This document shows, in pieces, positions 32,947-42,886 of a stretch of DNA of 64,000 nt. Both the position numbers and the translations under genes were made by a program. Where the stretch lies: contig CAVUKS010000002.1 of assembly GCA_963742145.1 (NCBI GenBank), forward strand, positions 582,969-646,968. The letters are read 5' to 3'. The notes under the pieces were generated by a model. The model made no database searches, was not told the DNA's origin, and saw only the letters and a list, made by a program, of their open reading frames with translations. The DNA is from an uncultured beta proteobacterium (GTDB lineage Bacteria > Pseudomonadota > Gammaproteobacteria > Burkholderiales > Casimicrobiaceae). The stretch's first letter is position 1, and every line of letters begins with the position of its first letter.

Positions 32947-33691
32947 CCGCGGCGACATTTCTCCCTGACCTGTACTTCGGGCAAGGTCGCGCTCGTGGTG
33001 GGCGGAACAAGCGGGATCGGCGCGGCCATTGCCGATGCTTTCGCCGCACTGGGCGCCGTGGTGACGGTCACCGGTGCCGCGCGCGAGGAATGCGACGCAG
33101 CGCGCGCGTCGCCGCGCTTCCGCTGCCGTGACGCGGTCGCACTGGACGTGCGCGACGACGCGGCGGCCACCGCGTTGATTGCCTCGCTGCCGCGGCTCGA
33201 CGCGCTGGTCAACTGCGCGGGCGTCATCCGTCGCGGCGCCGAGCACGATGTCGCCGTATTCGCCGAAGTTCTCGCGATCAATCTCACGGGCACCATGCGC
33301 TGCTGCGCTCTGGCGCGCGAAAAGCTGAAGGCCGCCAGTGGCGCGATCGTCAATACGGCGTCCGTGCTGTCCTTCCTCGGCGGCGGCCTCGTGCCGGGTT
33401 ATAGCGCGAGCAAGGGTGGCGTTGCGCAGCTGACCAAGTCGCTGGCCATCGCGTATGCGCCCGACGGCATACGCGTCAACGCCATCGCGCCGGGCTGGGT
33501 AACCACGCCATTGACGCAGGCGCTGCAGGACTGATCCGCAGCGCAGCGCGGCAATACTTGCGCGCACGCCGCTCGCGCGCTGGGCGGCGCCGGAGGACAT
33601 TGCCGGTGCCGCCGTTTTCTTGTGTTCGCCTGCCGCCCGCTTCGTCACCGGTGTCGTGTTGCCGGTGGATGGCGGCTATCTGATTTCATAG
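32943..33691 (+). CDS. short-chain dehydrogenase/reductase (frameshifted)
   Basis: [26 protein letters not shown] and C-terminal PVDGGY. Confidence 0.9.
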
Positions 33692-33699
33692 GGGGGCCT

Positions 33700-33942
33700 A
33701 TGCCGATTGGAACCGCAGTTCGTTACCTCAAGAAGCACGATTGGGAGAAGGCGCACATGATCGTGCAGGAAGATTCGTCGACGCTCGGGTGCTGGGCGCA
33801 CGGCATTGTTCATATGCAGGAAGGCGACGTCGCCAACGCGCGCTACTGGTATCGCAAGGCGCACCGCGACTTTCCCAAGGTCTACGACGAAGCTGCCGAG
33901 ATCGCGGCGCTGGCGCGCGCCATCAAGGAAGGAACGGAGTGA
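33700..33942 (+). CDS. small conserved hypothetical protein
   Basis: WEKAH..VQ..WAHGIVH..EGD..NARYWY; stop overlaps the next gene start. Confidence 0.75.
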   Translation: MPIGTAVRYLKKHDWEKAHMIVQEDSSTLGCWAHGIVHMQEGDVANARYWYRKAHRDFPKVYDEAAEIAALARAIKEGTE

Positions 33943-34433
33943 ATGCTCCGTTGATCCTGCCGACTTCCGGCATCCAGCCGGAAATTGCCGTCGCGGCGCT
34001 GCCGGACGACGAGCGCGTGTGGGTGCCGCAGGCGAAGGACGTCTGGTTCCGTCCGCTGCTGCTCAACACCGTTTCCGGCGGCTGGTGCAACCTGCTGCGC
34101 GTGCGCAAGAGCGGCGTGCTGTCGCGGCACCGGCATCCGATGCTGGTCATCGGCTACGTGATCAAGGGGCGGTGGAAGTATCTCGAGCACGACTGGACGG
34201 CGGAGGAGGGCAGCTTCGTCTACGAGCCGCCCGGCGAGATCCACACGCTGACGGTGCCGGACGACTGCCCGGAAATGATCACGTTCTTCAATATCAGCGG
34301 CGCGATGATCTATGTCGACGCGGACGGCCGCCAGAACGGTTACGAAGACGTCTGGAGCAAGATCGACATGTGCCGCGATCATTACGCGAAGTGCGGGCTC
34401 GGTGCAGCCTACGTCGAACAGTTCATCCGGTGA
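33939..34433 (+). CDS. 2,4'-dihydroxyacetophenone dioxygenase-family cupin
   Basis: ERVWVPQ..FRPL, SRHRHP, GRWKYLEHDW and EPPGEIHTL. Confidence 0.88.
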   Translation: MNAPLILPTSGIQPEIAVAALPDDERVWVPQAKDVWFRPLLLNTVSGGWCNLLRVRKSGVLSRHRHPMLVIGYVIKGRWKYLEHDWTAEEGSFVYEPPGEIHTLTVPDDCPEMITFFNISGAMIYVDADGRQNGYEDVWSKIDMCRDHYAKCGLGAAYVEQFIR

Positions 34434-34454
34434 GACGCACGAATTGAGGGCCCC

Positions 34455-34832
34455 ATGATTGGTCAGTTCGCGGCGGTCGGCGCCGGGGCGGCCTTCGGCG
34501 CCTGGCTGCGTTGGGGCCTTTCGGCATGGCTCAACGTACGCGCGCCGAAATTTCCGCTGGGCACCTTGGCGTCCAACCTGATCGGCGGCTACCTGGTGGG
34601 ATTCGCAGTCGCGTATTTCCTGGTGCGGCACGACCTGTCGCCCGAGTGGCGGCTGTTCGTGATCACCGGATTTCTCGGCGGGCTGACGACGTTTTCGACC
34701 TTTTCGGCGGAGGTCACCGAACTGCTCGCGCGCGGCGACTATGCTGCCGGGTTCGCTCTTGCCTCGGTCCACCTGTTCGGATCGCTGCTGCTCACGGCCG
34801 CGGGCTTCGCGACGTTTCGCGCGCTCGCGTGA
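34455..34832 (+). CDS. crcB: fluoride channel Fluc/CrcB
   Basis: GAWLRW, PLGTLASNLIG and TGFLGGLTTFSTFSAE. Confidence 0.96.
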   Translation: MIGQFAAVGAGAAFGAWLRWGLSAWLNVRAPKFPLGTLASNLIGGYLVGFAVAYFLVRHDLSPEWRLFVITGFLGGLTTFSTFSAEVTELLARGDYAAGFALASVHLFGSLLLTAAGFATFRALA

Positions 34833-34907
34833 TGCGATAATCATCGGCCCCGCCGTTCCGGGGCGCTTCGGCCACTGCACGGCGACAACAACCCTGGAAT
34901 TTCTACC

Positions 34908-35883
34908 ATGCCCCAAGCCATTCGCATCAACGAAGCAGGCGGACCCGACGTCATGGTGCTGGAGGATGTGGCACTCGGTTCGCCCGGACCGGGAGAGGCG
35001 CGGGTGCGCCACACCGTCGATCGGCGTCAACTACATCGATACCTACCACCGGACCGGGCAGTACAAGCAGCCGCTGCCCGCGGGCATCGGGCTCGAAGGC
35101 GCCGGCGTCGTCGAGGCGGTGGGCGACGGCGTCGACTACCTGAAGGTTGGCGATCGCGTCGCCTATAGCGGCGGGACTCCGGGTTCCTACAGTACCGAGC
35201 GGATCATGGCCGCCGAGCGCCTGGTCCCGATTCCCGCTGGCGTCAGCGACGAAGTGGCGGCGACGCTGATGCTCAAGGGCCTGACGGTCCAGTATCTGTT
35301 TCGGCAGACATTTCCGCTGAAGGGTGGCGAGACGATTCTGTTTCACGCCGCGGCCGGTGGCGTCGGGCTGGTGGCGTGCCAATGGGCGCGCGCGCTCGGT
35401 GTGACGATGATCGGCACCGTCGGCTCCGACGAGAAGGCGGCGCTGGCCAAGGCGAACGGCTGCACGCATACGATCGTGTACACGCGGGAGGACTTTGTCG
35501 CGCGCACGAAGGAACTCACCGGCGGCAAGGGCGTTCCGGTCGTCTATGACGCGATCGGCAAGGACACGTTTCCGAAATCGCTCGACGTGCTGCAGCCGCG
35601 CGGCATGTTCGTGAGCTACGGCAGTTCGTCGGGGCCGGTTCCGGACTTCTCGATCATGCTGCTTGCGCAGAAGGGATCGCTGTACGCGACACGGCCGACG
35701 CTGTTCACCTACGCCGCGACGCGTCCGCAGCTGCTGGCGATGGCCGACGACATGTTCAAGCTCGTCGCTGCCGGCAAGTTCAAATCCGAAGCGCGGCAGC
35801 GTTTCGCGCTCAAGGATGCCGCGGCGGCGCATCGCGCGCTGGAGTCGCGCGCGACCACCGGCGCCACCGTGCTGATGCCCTAG
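34908..35883 (+). CDS. qor: NADPH:quinone oxidoreductase (zeta-crystallin-like; frameshifted)
   Basis: GVNYIDTY, MLKGLT, HAAAGGVG and KGSLYATRPTL. Confidence 0.9.
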
Positions 35884-37374
35884 ACCTCGGTCATGCGTCC
35901 CGCGCGGTTGAGCAGCGCACGCGCGCCGTCGGGCAGTTCGGACGCGGTGAGTCCGAGCGGCCCGATGCCCTGCGCGACGAGCGCGTCCGCGGTGGCGCCG
36001 TGCAGGCATACGGCGTAGCGCAGCGCGGTCTTCGCCGGCAGTCCCTGCGCCAGCAGCGCACCCAGCAGGCCCGACAGGACGTCGCCGCTGCCGGCGGTGG
36101 CGAGCGCTGGTCCGCCGCTGGCATTGATGTCCCAGGTGCCGTCCGGATGCGCGAGCACGCTGCCGGCACCCTTCAGCACCACGTTGGCTGCAAGCCGCTG
36201 CGCGAGTTCGCGCGCGGCACCCATGCGGTCGCGCTGGACGCTTTCGACGTCCGTTGCCAGTACGCGCGCGGCTTCGCCCGGATGCGGCGTGGCCAGCGTC
36301 GGCGCGCTGCGGGACCGGGTTGCGGCCAGCAGCGCGGGATCGCGCGCGATGAGATTGAGAGCATCGGCATCGAGCGCGACCGGAATCGGCAACGCGAGCG
36401 CGCGCTGCAGCAGCGACCGCGCGGCGTCGCTTGTGCCCGAGGCCGGGGCCGACGACCAGCGCATCCGGATTGGCGTCGAGCACCGGGCCGGCGTGGCGCA
36501 ACATCAATTCGGGCATGCTGGCGTCGATCTTCGGCGGGTCCGCCATCAGGAAACCCAGCCAGACTTTGCCGGCACCGGTGCGCATCGCAGCGCGTCCGGC
36601 CAGGATCAGCGCGCCGCCCATGCCTTCGGTGCCGCCCAGGATGCCGAGCGTGCCGAACGTGCCCTTGTTGACATTGCGCGAACGGCGCGCAAGAACCGCG
36701 GGCAGCGTCGCCTCCAGCGTCGGCCAGTCGAGTCAATGGCCGAGGGGCGTCGGGGGCAACGCGAGTCCGAGCGAATGCACGGAAATCTCGCCGCAGTGAT
36801 CCGGCCCGTCCGCGGTCAGCAGGCCGGGCTTCCGCGCGATGAACGTGGCGGTTGCGGTTGCGCGAATGGTCGGACGCTTGGGCGGTACCGGTGTCGGCGT
36901 CGAGGCCGCTCGGGATGTCGAGCGACAGGATCGGTGCACCGCTGCCGTTCGCCCATTCGATCCATGCAGCGCAGGCGCCGTCCGTCGGCCGGGCGAGTCC
37001 GATGCCGAACAGGCCGTCGATGATCAAGCGCGGGACGAGCGCCGGCGACGTGCCGCGACAGTGGCGCCGCCGGCGGCGACGAACGCCTGCTAGGCCGCGG
37101 CGGCATCCGGCGGCAATCGCTGCGCATCGCCGGCAAACACGACCTGCACGTCATGGAACCAACTCATCAGCCAGCGCGCGGCGACGAACGCGTCGCCGCC
37201 GTTGTTGCCGGGTCCGGCGAGGACGACGATGGGTCCGCCGCGATCGCCCGCCATTCGCCGCGCCACTTCCGCGGCGGCCAGTCCGGCGCGCTCCATCAGG
37301 GGCAAGCCGGCATGTTGCGCTTCGACCGCGCGCAGTTCGGCGACGTCGAGAATCGGTGTCAGTTGGGCAGGCAT
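35880..37374 (-). CDS. nnr: bifunctional NAD(P)H-hydrate epimerase/dehydratase (frameshifted)
   Basis: LMERAG, GPGNNGGD, DGLFGIG, LDIPSG, GPGLG, LDADAL, TPHPGEA, VLKG and LATAGSGDVLSG. Confidence 0.93.
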
Positions 37375-37380
37375 GGACCG

Positions 37381-37386
37381 ATTATA
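37381..37386 (-). promoter_or_regulatory. perfect -10 box TATAAT, 6 nt before the nnr ATG
   Basis: Minus strand reads tataat cggtcc ATG with no SD sequence. Confidence 0.5.
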
Positions 37387-37576
37387 GGGGCGCAATCGGA
37401 CGGGTCGTGGCCCCGGGGCGTGACGAAGGCGCGCTTCGCCTGCATAGACAAACCGGTTGCCCCGCCGCTAAACTAGCCCCGAGGCCGCGCACCGTCAGCT
37501 TCCCCGCGGCGCAATCCGTTTCCATTCCCTTTCCGCAACGTCTGCACGGACCTGCCGTGCACTATTGGAGGTCGCA

Positions 37577-38490
37577 ATGAAGTTTCTCCCCAAGTCCGCA
37601 TTCGTGCTGGCCGCCGCCGTGTTCGCGCTGGGCGCCCATGCGCAGGACCTCACCGGCACGCTGAAGAAGATCAAGGACAGCGGCACGATCACGCTGGGCG
37701 CGCGCGAGTCGTCGGGCGCGCTGGCCTACACGCTGGGTGACGGCAAGTACGTCGGCTTCCATACGGAAATGAGCGAGAAGATCGCCGCCGACCTCCAGAA
37801 GCAACTCAAGATGCCGAAGCTCGACGTCAAGTTCCAGCCGGTGACGTCGCAGAACCGCATCCCGCTGGTGCAGAACGGCACGGTCGACCTGGAGTGCGGC
37901 TCGACCACCAACAACGCCGCGCGGCAGAAGGACGTCGCGTTCGCGATGACCACCTACGTCGAGGAAGGGCGCATCGTCGTCAAGGCCAATTCGCCGATCA
38001 AGGGCATCGCCGACCTGAACGGCAAGACGGTCGCCACGACCACCGGGACCACGTCCGTGCAGACGCTGCGCAAGAACAAGAAGGCCGCGAACATGGACTT
38101 CAAGGAAGTGTTCGGCAAGGATCACGCCGACAGCTTCCTGCTGCTCGAGTCCGGCCGCGCCGACGCCTTCGTGATGGACGGCCAGATCCTCGCGGGTCTC
38201 GTGTCCAAGTCGAAGAACCCGGCCGACTACAAGATCCTCGGCGAAGTGCTGAGCGTCGAGCCGATCGCCTGCATGATGCGCAAGGACGACCCGGCGTTCC
38301 AGAAGGCGGTCGACGCCAGCATCCAGGCGATGGTCAAGAGCGGCGACCTGGCCAAGATGTACGACAAGTGGTTCGTGCAGGCCGATTCCGCCGTCGAATA
38401 CCAAGGTCGGCCTGCCGCTGTCGGACGCGACCAAGCAAGCGTGGATGAGCCCGAACGACGAAGCCGATGGAAGAGTACGCCGTACAGTAG
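37577..38490 (+). CDS. gltI: glutamate/aspartate-type ABC substrate-binding protein (3' frameshifts)
   Basis: TLKKIKDSG, VTSQNRIPLVQNGTVDLECGSTTN and GRADAFVMD. Confidence 0.85.
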
Positions 38491-38560
38491 GCAAGCGAAC
38501 GCGGGGGCGGCGCTAAGGAGGCGCCGCGCCGGGCGCGGTGCGGGCGAGGGGGCGGCTTAG

Positions 38561-39265
38561 ATGAGCTGGGATTGGCAGGTATTTTTCCAGGATACCGGGG
38601 GCGGTCAGACCTATTTTCACTGGATGATGTCGGCGTGGGGCTGGACGCTGCTGGTTTCCGCGTGTTCGCTGGTCGTCGCGCTGTCCGTCGGGTCGCTGAT
38701 GGGCATCCTGCGCACGACGCCGGTCAAGGCGTTCGTCTGGATCGGCAATGCGTGGACCGAGCTGTTCCGCAACATCCCGCTGCTGGTCCAGATCTTCCTC
38801 TGGTACCACGTCATCCCGTCGATCTGGAAAACGCTGCAGGGCGTGCCTGACTTCGTCGCGGTGGTGATCGCGCTGGGCTTTTTCACGTCGGCGCGCATCG
38901 CCGAGCAGGTGAAGGCGGGCATCCAGGCGCTGCCCAAGGGCCAGCGCTACGCGGGCCTGGCGATGGGCCTCACGCTGCCGCAGACGTACCGGTACGTGAT
39001 CCTGCCGATGGCGTTCCGGATCGTCATTCCGCCGCTGACCAGCGAGTCGATGAACATCATCAAGAACTCGTCGGTGGCGTTCGCGGTGAGCATTTCCGAA
39101 CTGACGTTCTTCGCGATGCAGGCGCAGGAGGAGACGTCGCGCGGCGTCGAAATCTACCTCGCCGTCACGGGCCTGTATTTCATCTCGGCGTTCGCGGTCA
39201 ATCGCGTTGCGGCGGTCATCGAGAAGCGGGTCCAGGTGCCCGGCATGATCGGAGGCGGCAGATGA
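38561..39265 (+). CDS. gltJ: amino acid ABC permease
   Basis: ELFRNIPLLVQ, AEQVKAGIQ and PPLTSESMNIIKNSS. Confidence 0.85.
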   Translation: MSWDWQVFFQDTGGGQTYFHWMMSAWGWTLLVSACSLVVALSVGSLMGILRTTPVKAFVWIGNAWTELFRNIPLLVQIFLWYHVIPSIWKTLQGVPDFVAVVIALGFFTSARIAEQVKAGIQALPKGQRYAGLAMGLTLPQTYRYVILPMAFRIVIPPLTSESMNIIKNSSVAFAVSISELTFFAMQAQEETSRGVEIYLAVTGLYFISAFAVNRVAAVIEKRVQVPGMIGGGR

Positions 39266-39315
39266 GCCCCCACGCTCGCAACACTGCGTTGCTCGCCTTC
39301 GGGGGTCACCGATGA
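39262..39315 (+). repeat. 54-bp structured junction element / 17-aa mini-ORF MSPHARNTALLAFGGHR
   Basis: ATGA overlaps with the gltJ stop and the gltK start; shares CCCCCACGCT with the 53670 element; CCCCC/GGGGG outer stem and GCAAC/GTTGC inner stem. Confidence 0.65.
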
Positions 39316-39978
39316 ACCTGACCTTCGCGTTCTTCGACTGGAACGTCGTCTCCAGCTTCATCCTCAAGGGCTTCATATTCTCGGTGCAGCTGACGCTGTT
39401 CGCGATGGTCGGCGGCATTGCGCTCGGCACCGCGATCGCGCTGATGCGCCTGTCCGGCAAGAAATGGCTGGTGCTGCCGGCCGCGTTCTACGTGAATACG
39501 CTGCGCTCGATCCCGCTGGTCATGGTGATCCTGTGGTTCTTCCTGCTGATCCCGCTGCTGATCGGCCGGCCGCTGGGCGCGGAACTGTCCGCGATCATCA
39601 CCTTCACCGTGTTCGAGGCGGCGTACTACTCGGAGATCATGCGCGCCGGCATCCAGTCGGTGCCGCGAGGGCAGGTCTCGGCGGGTTACGCGGTCGGCAT
39701 GACCTACGCGCAGTGCATGAAGCTGATCGTGCTGCCGCAGGCGTTCCGCAACATGCTGCCGGTGCTGCTGACGCAGACGATCATCCTGTTCCAGGACACG
39801 TCGCTGGTCTACGCGGTCGGCGCGTACGACCTGCTTGAAGGGCTTCGAGGTCGCGGGCAAGAACTTCAACCGGCCGGTCGAAATGTACCTGCTCGCCGCC
39901 GTCACCTATTTCGTCATCTGCTTCAGCTTGTCGATGCTCGTGCGCCAGCTGCAGAAGAGGATCGCCATCATTCGCTAG
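39312..39978 (+). CDS. gltK: amino acid ABC permease (frameshift ~39840)
   Basis: RSIPLVMVILWF, EAAYYSEIMRAGIQS and LFQDTSLVY. Confidence 0.85.
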
Positions 39979-40005
39979 AGCTGCGAAGGAACGAGAGAAC
40001 GCGCC

Positions 40006-40734
40006 ATGATCGACATCAAGGACATTTCCAAGTGGTACGGCAGCTTCCAGGTGCTGACCAACTGCACGACCAGCATCAAGAAAGGCGAGGTCGTCGTGGT
40101 GTGCGGCCCCTCGGGTTCGGGCAAGTCGACGCTGATCAAGTGCGTGAATGCGCTGGAGCCGTTTCAGAAAGGCGACGTCGTCGTCGACGGCATTTCGATC
40201 GCCGATCCGAAGACGGACCTGCCCAAGCTGCGCGCGCGCGTCGGCATGGTGTTCCAGCATTTCGAGCTGTTCCCGCATCTGACGGTGACGGAAAACCTGA
40301 CGCTGGCGCAGATCAAGGTGCTCAACCGGCCGAAGGACGAGGCAATGACGCGCGGACTCAAGATGCTCGACCGCGTCGGCCTGATGGTGCACAAGGACAA
40401 GTTCCCAGGGCAGCTCTCCGGCGGCCAGCAGCAGCGCGTCGCCATCGCGCGTGCGCTGTCGATGGACCCGATCGTGATGCTCTTCGACGAGCCCACGTCC
40501 GCGCTCGATCCGGAAATGGTGGGCGAGGTGCTCGACGTGATGGTGCTGCTGGCGAAGGAGGGCATGACGATGATGGTCGTCACGCACGAAATGGGCTTCG
40601 CGCGCAAGGTGAGCCATCGCGTCATCTTCATGGACCGCGGCGAGATCGTCGAGGACGCGAGCAAGGACGATTTCTTCGGCAAGCCGCGCTCCGAGCGGGC
40701 CCAGCAGTTCCTGGCCAAGATCCTGCAGCATTGA
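40006..40734 (+). CDS. gltL: amino acid ABC ATP-binding protein
   Basis: [27 protein letters not shown] and VTHEMGFA. Confidence 0.92.
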   Translation: MIDIKDISKWYGSFQVLTNCTTSIKKGEVVVVCGPSGSGKSTLIKCVNALEPFQKGDVVVDGISIADPKTDLPKLRARVGMVFQHFELFPHLTVTENLTLAQIKVLNRPKDEAMTRGLKMLDRVGLMVHKDKFPGQLSGGQQQRVAIARALSMDPIVMLFDEPTSALDPEMVGEVLDVMVLLAKEGMTMMVVTHEMGFARKVSHRVIFMDRGEIVEDASKDDFFGKPRSERAQQFLAKILQH

Positions 40735-41696
40735 AATTGTTCGCCAGGCTGGGACTTCTGGTTCTTGCCGCTGCCGCATTTTCGGCGTCCGCGGCGGAGT
40801 TTCCCGACCACGCCATCACGATGGTCGTGCCGTTCCCGCCGGGAGGCGTGGCGGACACCGTGGCGCGGCCCGTGGCGGACGCGATGAGCCGCGACCTGCA
40901 GCAGCCGGTCGTGATCGAAAACAAGGCGGGCGCCGGCGGCGGCATCGGCATGTCGCTGGCCGCGAAGGCGAAGCCCGACGGCTACACGATCCTGCTGTCG
41001 CTGGCGTCGTACACCGTGCTGCCCGAGGCCGACAAGGTCCTCGGCCGCGCGTCGCTCTACACGCTGGAGCAGCTGAAGCCCATCGCGCGCTTTACCGCGG
41101 ATCCGACGGTGTTCGTCGTGCGTGCCGACGCGCCGTGGAAGACCTGGGCCGAGTTCGCCGCAGCGGCGCGCGCCAATCCGGGGAAATACACGTTCGGCTC
41201 GTCCGGCAACTACGGGACGATGCACGTGCCGATGGAAATGATGCTCGCCACCGCGGGCCTCAAGATGACGCACGTGCCGTACACCGGCGCTGGTCCCGCG
41301 ATCGTCGGCTTGCTGGGCGGCAGCATCGATGCGGTGGCGACCGGACCGGCCACGGTCGTCCAGCAGATCAATGCCGGCAAGCTGCGCGCGCTCGCGCAGT
41401 GGGGAAACGAGCGCCTGGTCGCGCTGCCGGATGTGCCTACATTTCGCGAACTCGGCACCAACGTCGACTATGCGCAATGGTCGGGATTGTTCGTCCCCGC
41501 CGGCACGCCGGATGCCGTCGTCAAGCGCCTGCGCGATGCCGCGCGCGCGGCCGCGAACGATGAACGCGTCAAGCAGGTGATGACGACCGCGGGCAGTCCG
41601 ATCCAGTATCTCGACACGCCGGAGTTCCAGCGCTACGTCGATGCGGATGCGGCCAAGATGGCCGAAGTCGTGAAGCGCATCGGCAAGGTCGAGTAG
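40731..41696 (+). CDS. Bug/TctC tripartite tricarboxylate transporter substrate-binding protein
   Basis: [34 protein letters not shown] and LPDVPT. Confidence 0.92.
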   Translation: MKLFARLGLLVLAAAAFSASAAEFPDHAITMVVPFPPGGVADTVARPVADAMSRDLQQPVVIENKAGAGGGIGMSLAAKAKPDGYTILLSLASYTVLPEADKVLGRASLYTLEQLKPIARFTADPTVFVVRADAPWKTWAEFAAAARANPGKYTFGSSGNYGTMHVPMEMMLATAGLKMTHVPYTGAGPAIVGLLGGSIDAVATGPATVVQQINAGKLRALAQWGNERLVALPDVPTFRELGTNVDYAQWSGLFVPAGTPDAVVKRLRDAARAAANDERVKQVMTTAGSPIQYLDTPEFQRYVDADAAKMAEVVKRIGKVE

Positions 41697-41702
41697 CCGC
41701 GA

Positions 41703-41724
41703 CCGCGCGTTCGCTGAAGCGCGG
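41703..41724. terminator. possible hairpin between convergent Bug genes
   Basis: ccgcgc..ttc-gct-gaa..gcgcgg inverted repeat; weak U-tract. Confidence 0.3.
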
Positions 41725-41732
41725 CGGGAAAC

Positions 41733-42717
41733 TTACTCGAATTTCTCTCCGGAGTCCTTGACCACCTTGGCCCACCGCGCCTTCTCGTCGCGGATGAAGG
41801 CGCCGAATTCCGCCGGGGAACCCGGGCGCGTCTCGGCGCCGGCCGTGACCAGTCGCTCCTGCATTTCCGGCGTGGCGAGAACCTTGGTCACGGTCTGATG
41901 CAGCTTGTTCGACGATTTCCGGCGGCGTTCCTGCGGGCGCCACGATGCCCTGGAATGATCCGGTCTCGAATCCAGGCAGCCCCGATTCGGCGACGGTGGG
42001 AATGTCGGGTGCCGCCGCGAAGCGCTTGGTGCTGGAGATCGCAACGGCGCGCAGCTTGCCGCCCTTGACCATCGGGTAGGTGGCGAGCATGCCGTTGAAG
42101 AGCACGTCCGCCTGGCCGCCCGCGACGTCCGCTATCGCCTGCGCGCCGCCCTTGTAGGGAATGTAGGTCCACTTGATGCCGGTGCGCATCGCGAAGTCCA
42201 CGCCCGCGAGGTGATTGGCGCCGCCGATTCCCGATACCGCGAAATTGAGCGCGCCCGGTTTCGCCTTCGCGAGCGCGATCAATTCCTTCACGTCCTTCGC
42301 GGGCAACGCGGCATTCACGGCCAGCAGGTGCGGCGAGTACGCCACCATGACGACGGGCGCAAAGTCCTTGACCGGATCGAACGGAAGCGTCGGGAAGATA
42401 CTCGGGCTGATCGCGAGCGAGCCGATGTCGGCGAGCAGCAGCGTGTAGCCGTCGGCGGGCGCCTTGGCGACGAAGTCCGCGCCGACGTTGCCGGTCGACC
42501 CGGGCTTGTTCTCGACGATGACGGGTTGCCCCAGCGCGGCGGTGATGCCCGGGCCCAGCGCGCGCGCGAGGATGTCGGACGTGCCGCCCGCCGGGTACGG
42601 CACGATGATGTGGATCGGCTTCGACGGATACGGTTGGGCGGCCGCAAAGGAGATCCCGAGCAAGGCGGCAGTCGCGACGAGCAAGGCGAGTCCGGTACTA
42701 CGCGTCAGTGATTTCAT
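41733..42717 (-). CDS. Bug/TctC substrate-binding protein (frameshift ~41910)
   Basis: IVPYPAGGTSDILAR, VENKPG, ADGYTLL, IPYKGG and PDIPTVAESG. Confidence 0.92.
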
Positions 42718-42826
42718 TGGCGTTCCTTTCGCAATTCGAGCACTGGAGGCAGGCAGCCGCATTGTGGGGACCTGCGACGGTACAGTCAACGGCGGGCGGG
42801 TGCCAGCGTACACTGCGACACCTGCT

Positions 42827-42842
42827 TGGCGCGATAAGTGCT
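42827..42842 (+). promoter_or_regulatory. possible sigma54 -24/-12 promoter
   Basis: TGGCGCGATAAGTGCT has GG-N10-GC spacing, about 45 nt upstream of ATG 42887. Confidence 0.3.
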
Positions 42843-42886
42843 TGCTGCGCTAACGTCAACCAATTGCCGGAAACCGACGGATCGAT

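Noticed and set aside
33532-33534. In-frame TGA in the SDR as selenocysteine (selD is nearby)
   Set aside because: The SDR C-terminus continues in a different frame (gac-T-gat ccg); this is a 1-bp insertion, not readthrough
34433-34455. Fluoride riboswitch upstream of crcB
   Set aside because: The spacer is only 21 bp and has no GGCGAUGG-type motif
39312-41696. 794-aa permease-Bug fusion
   Set aside because: A frameshift near 39840 causes off-frame readthrough across an intact gltL
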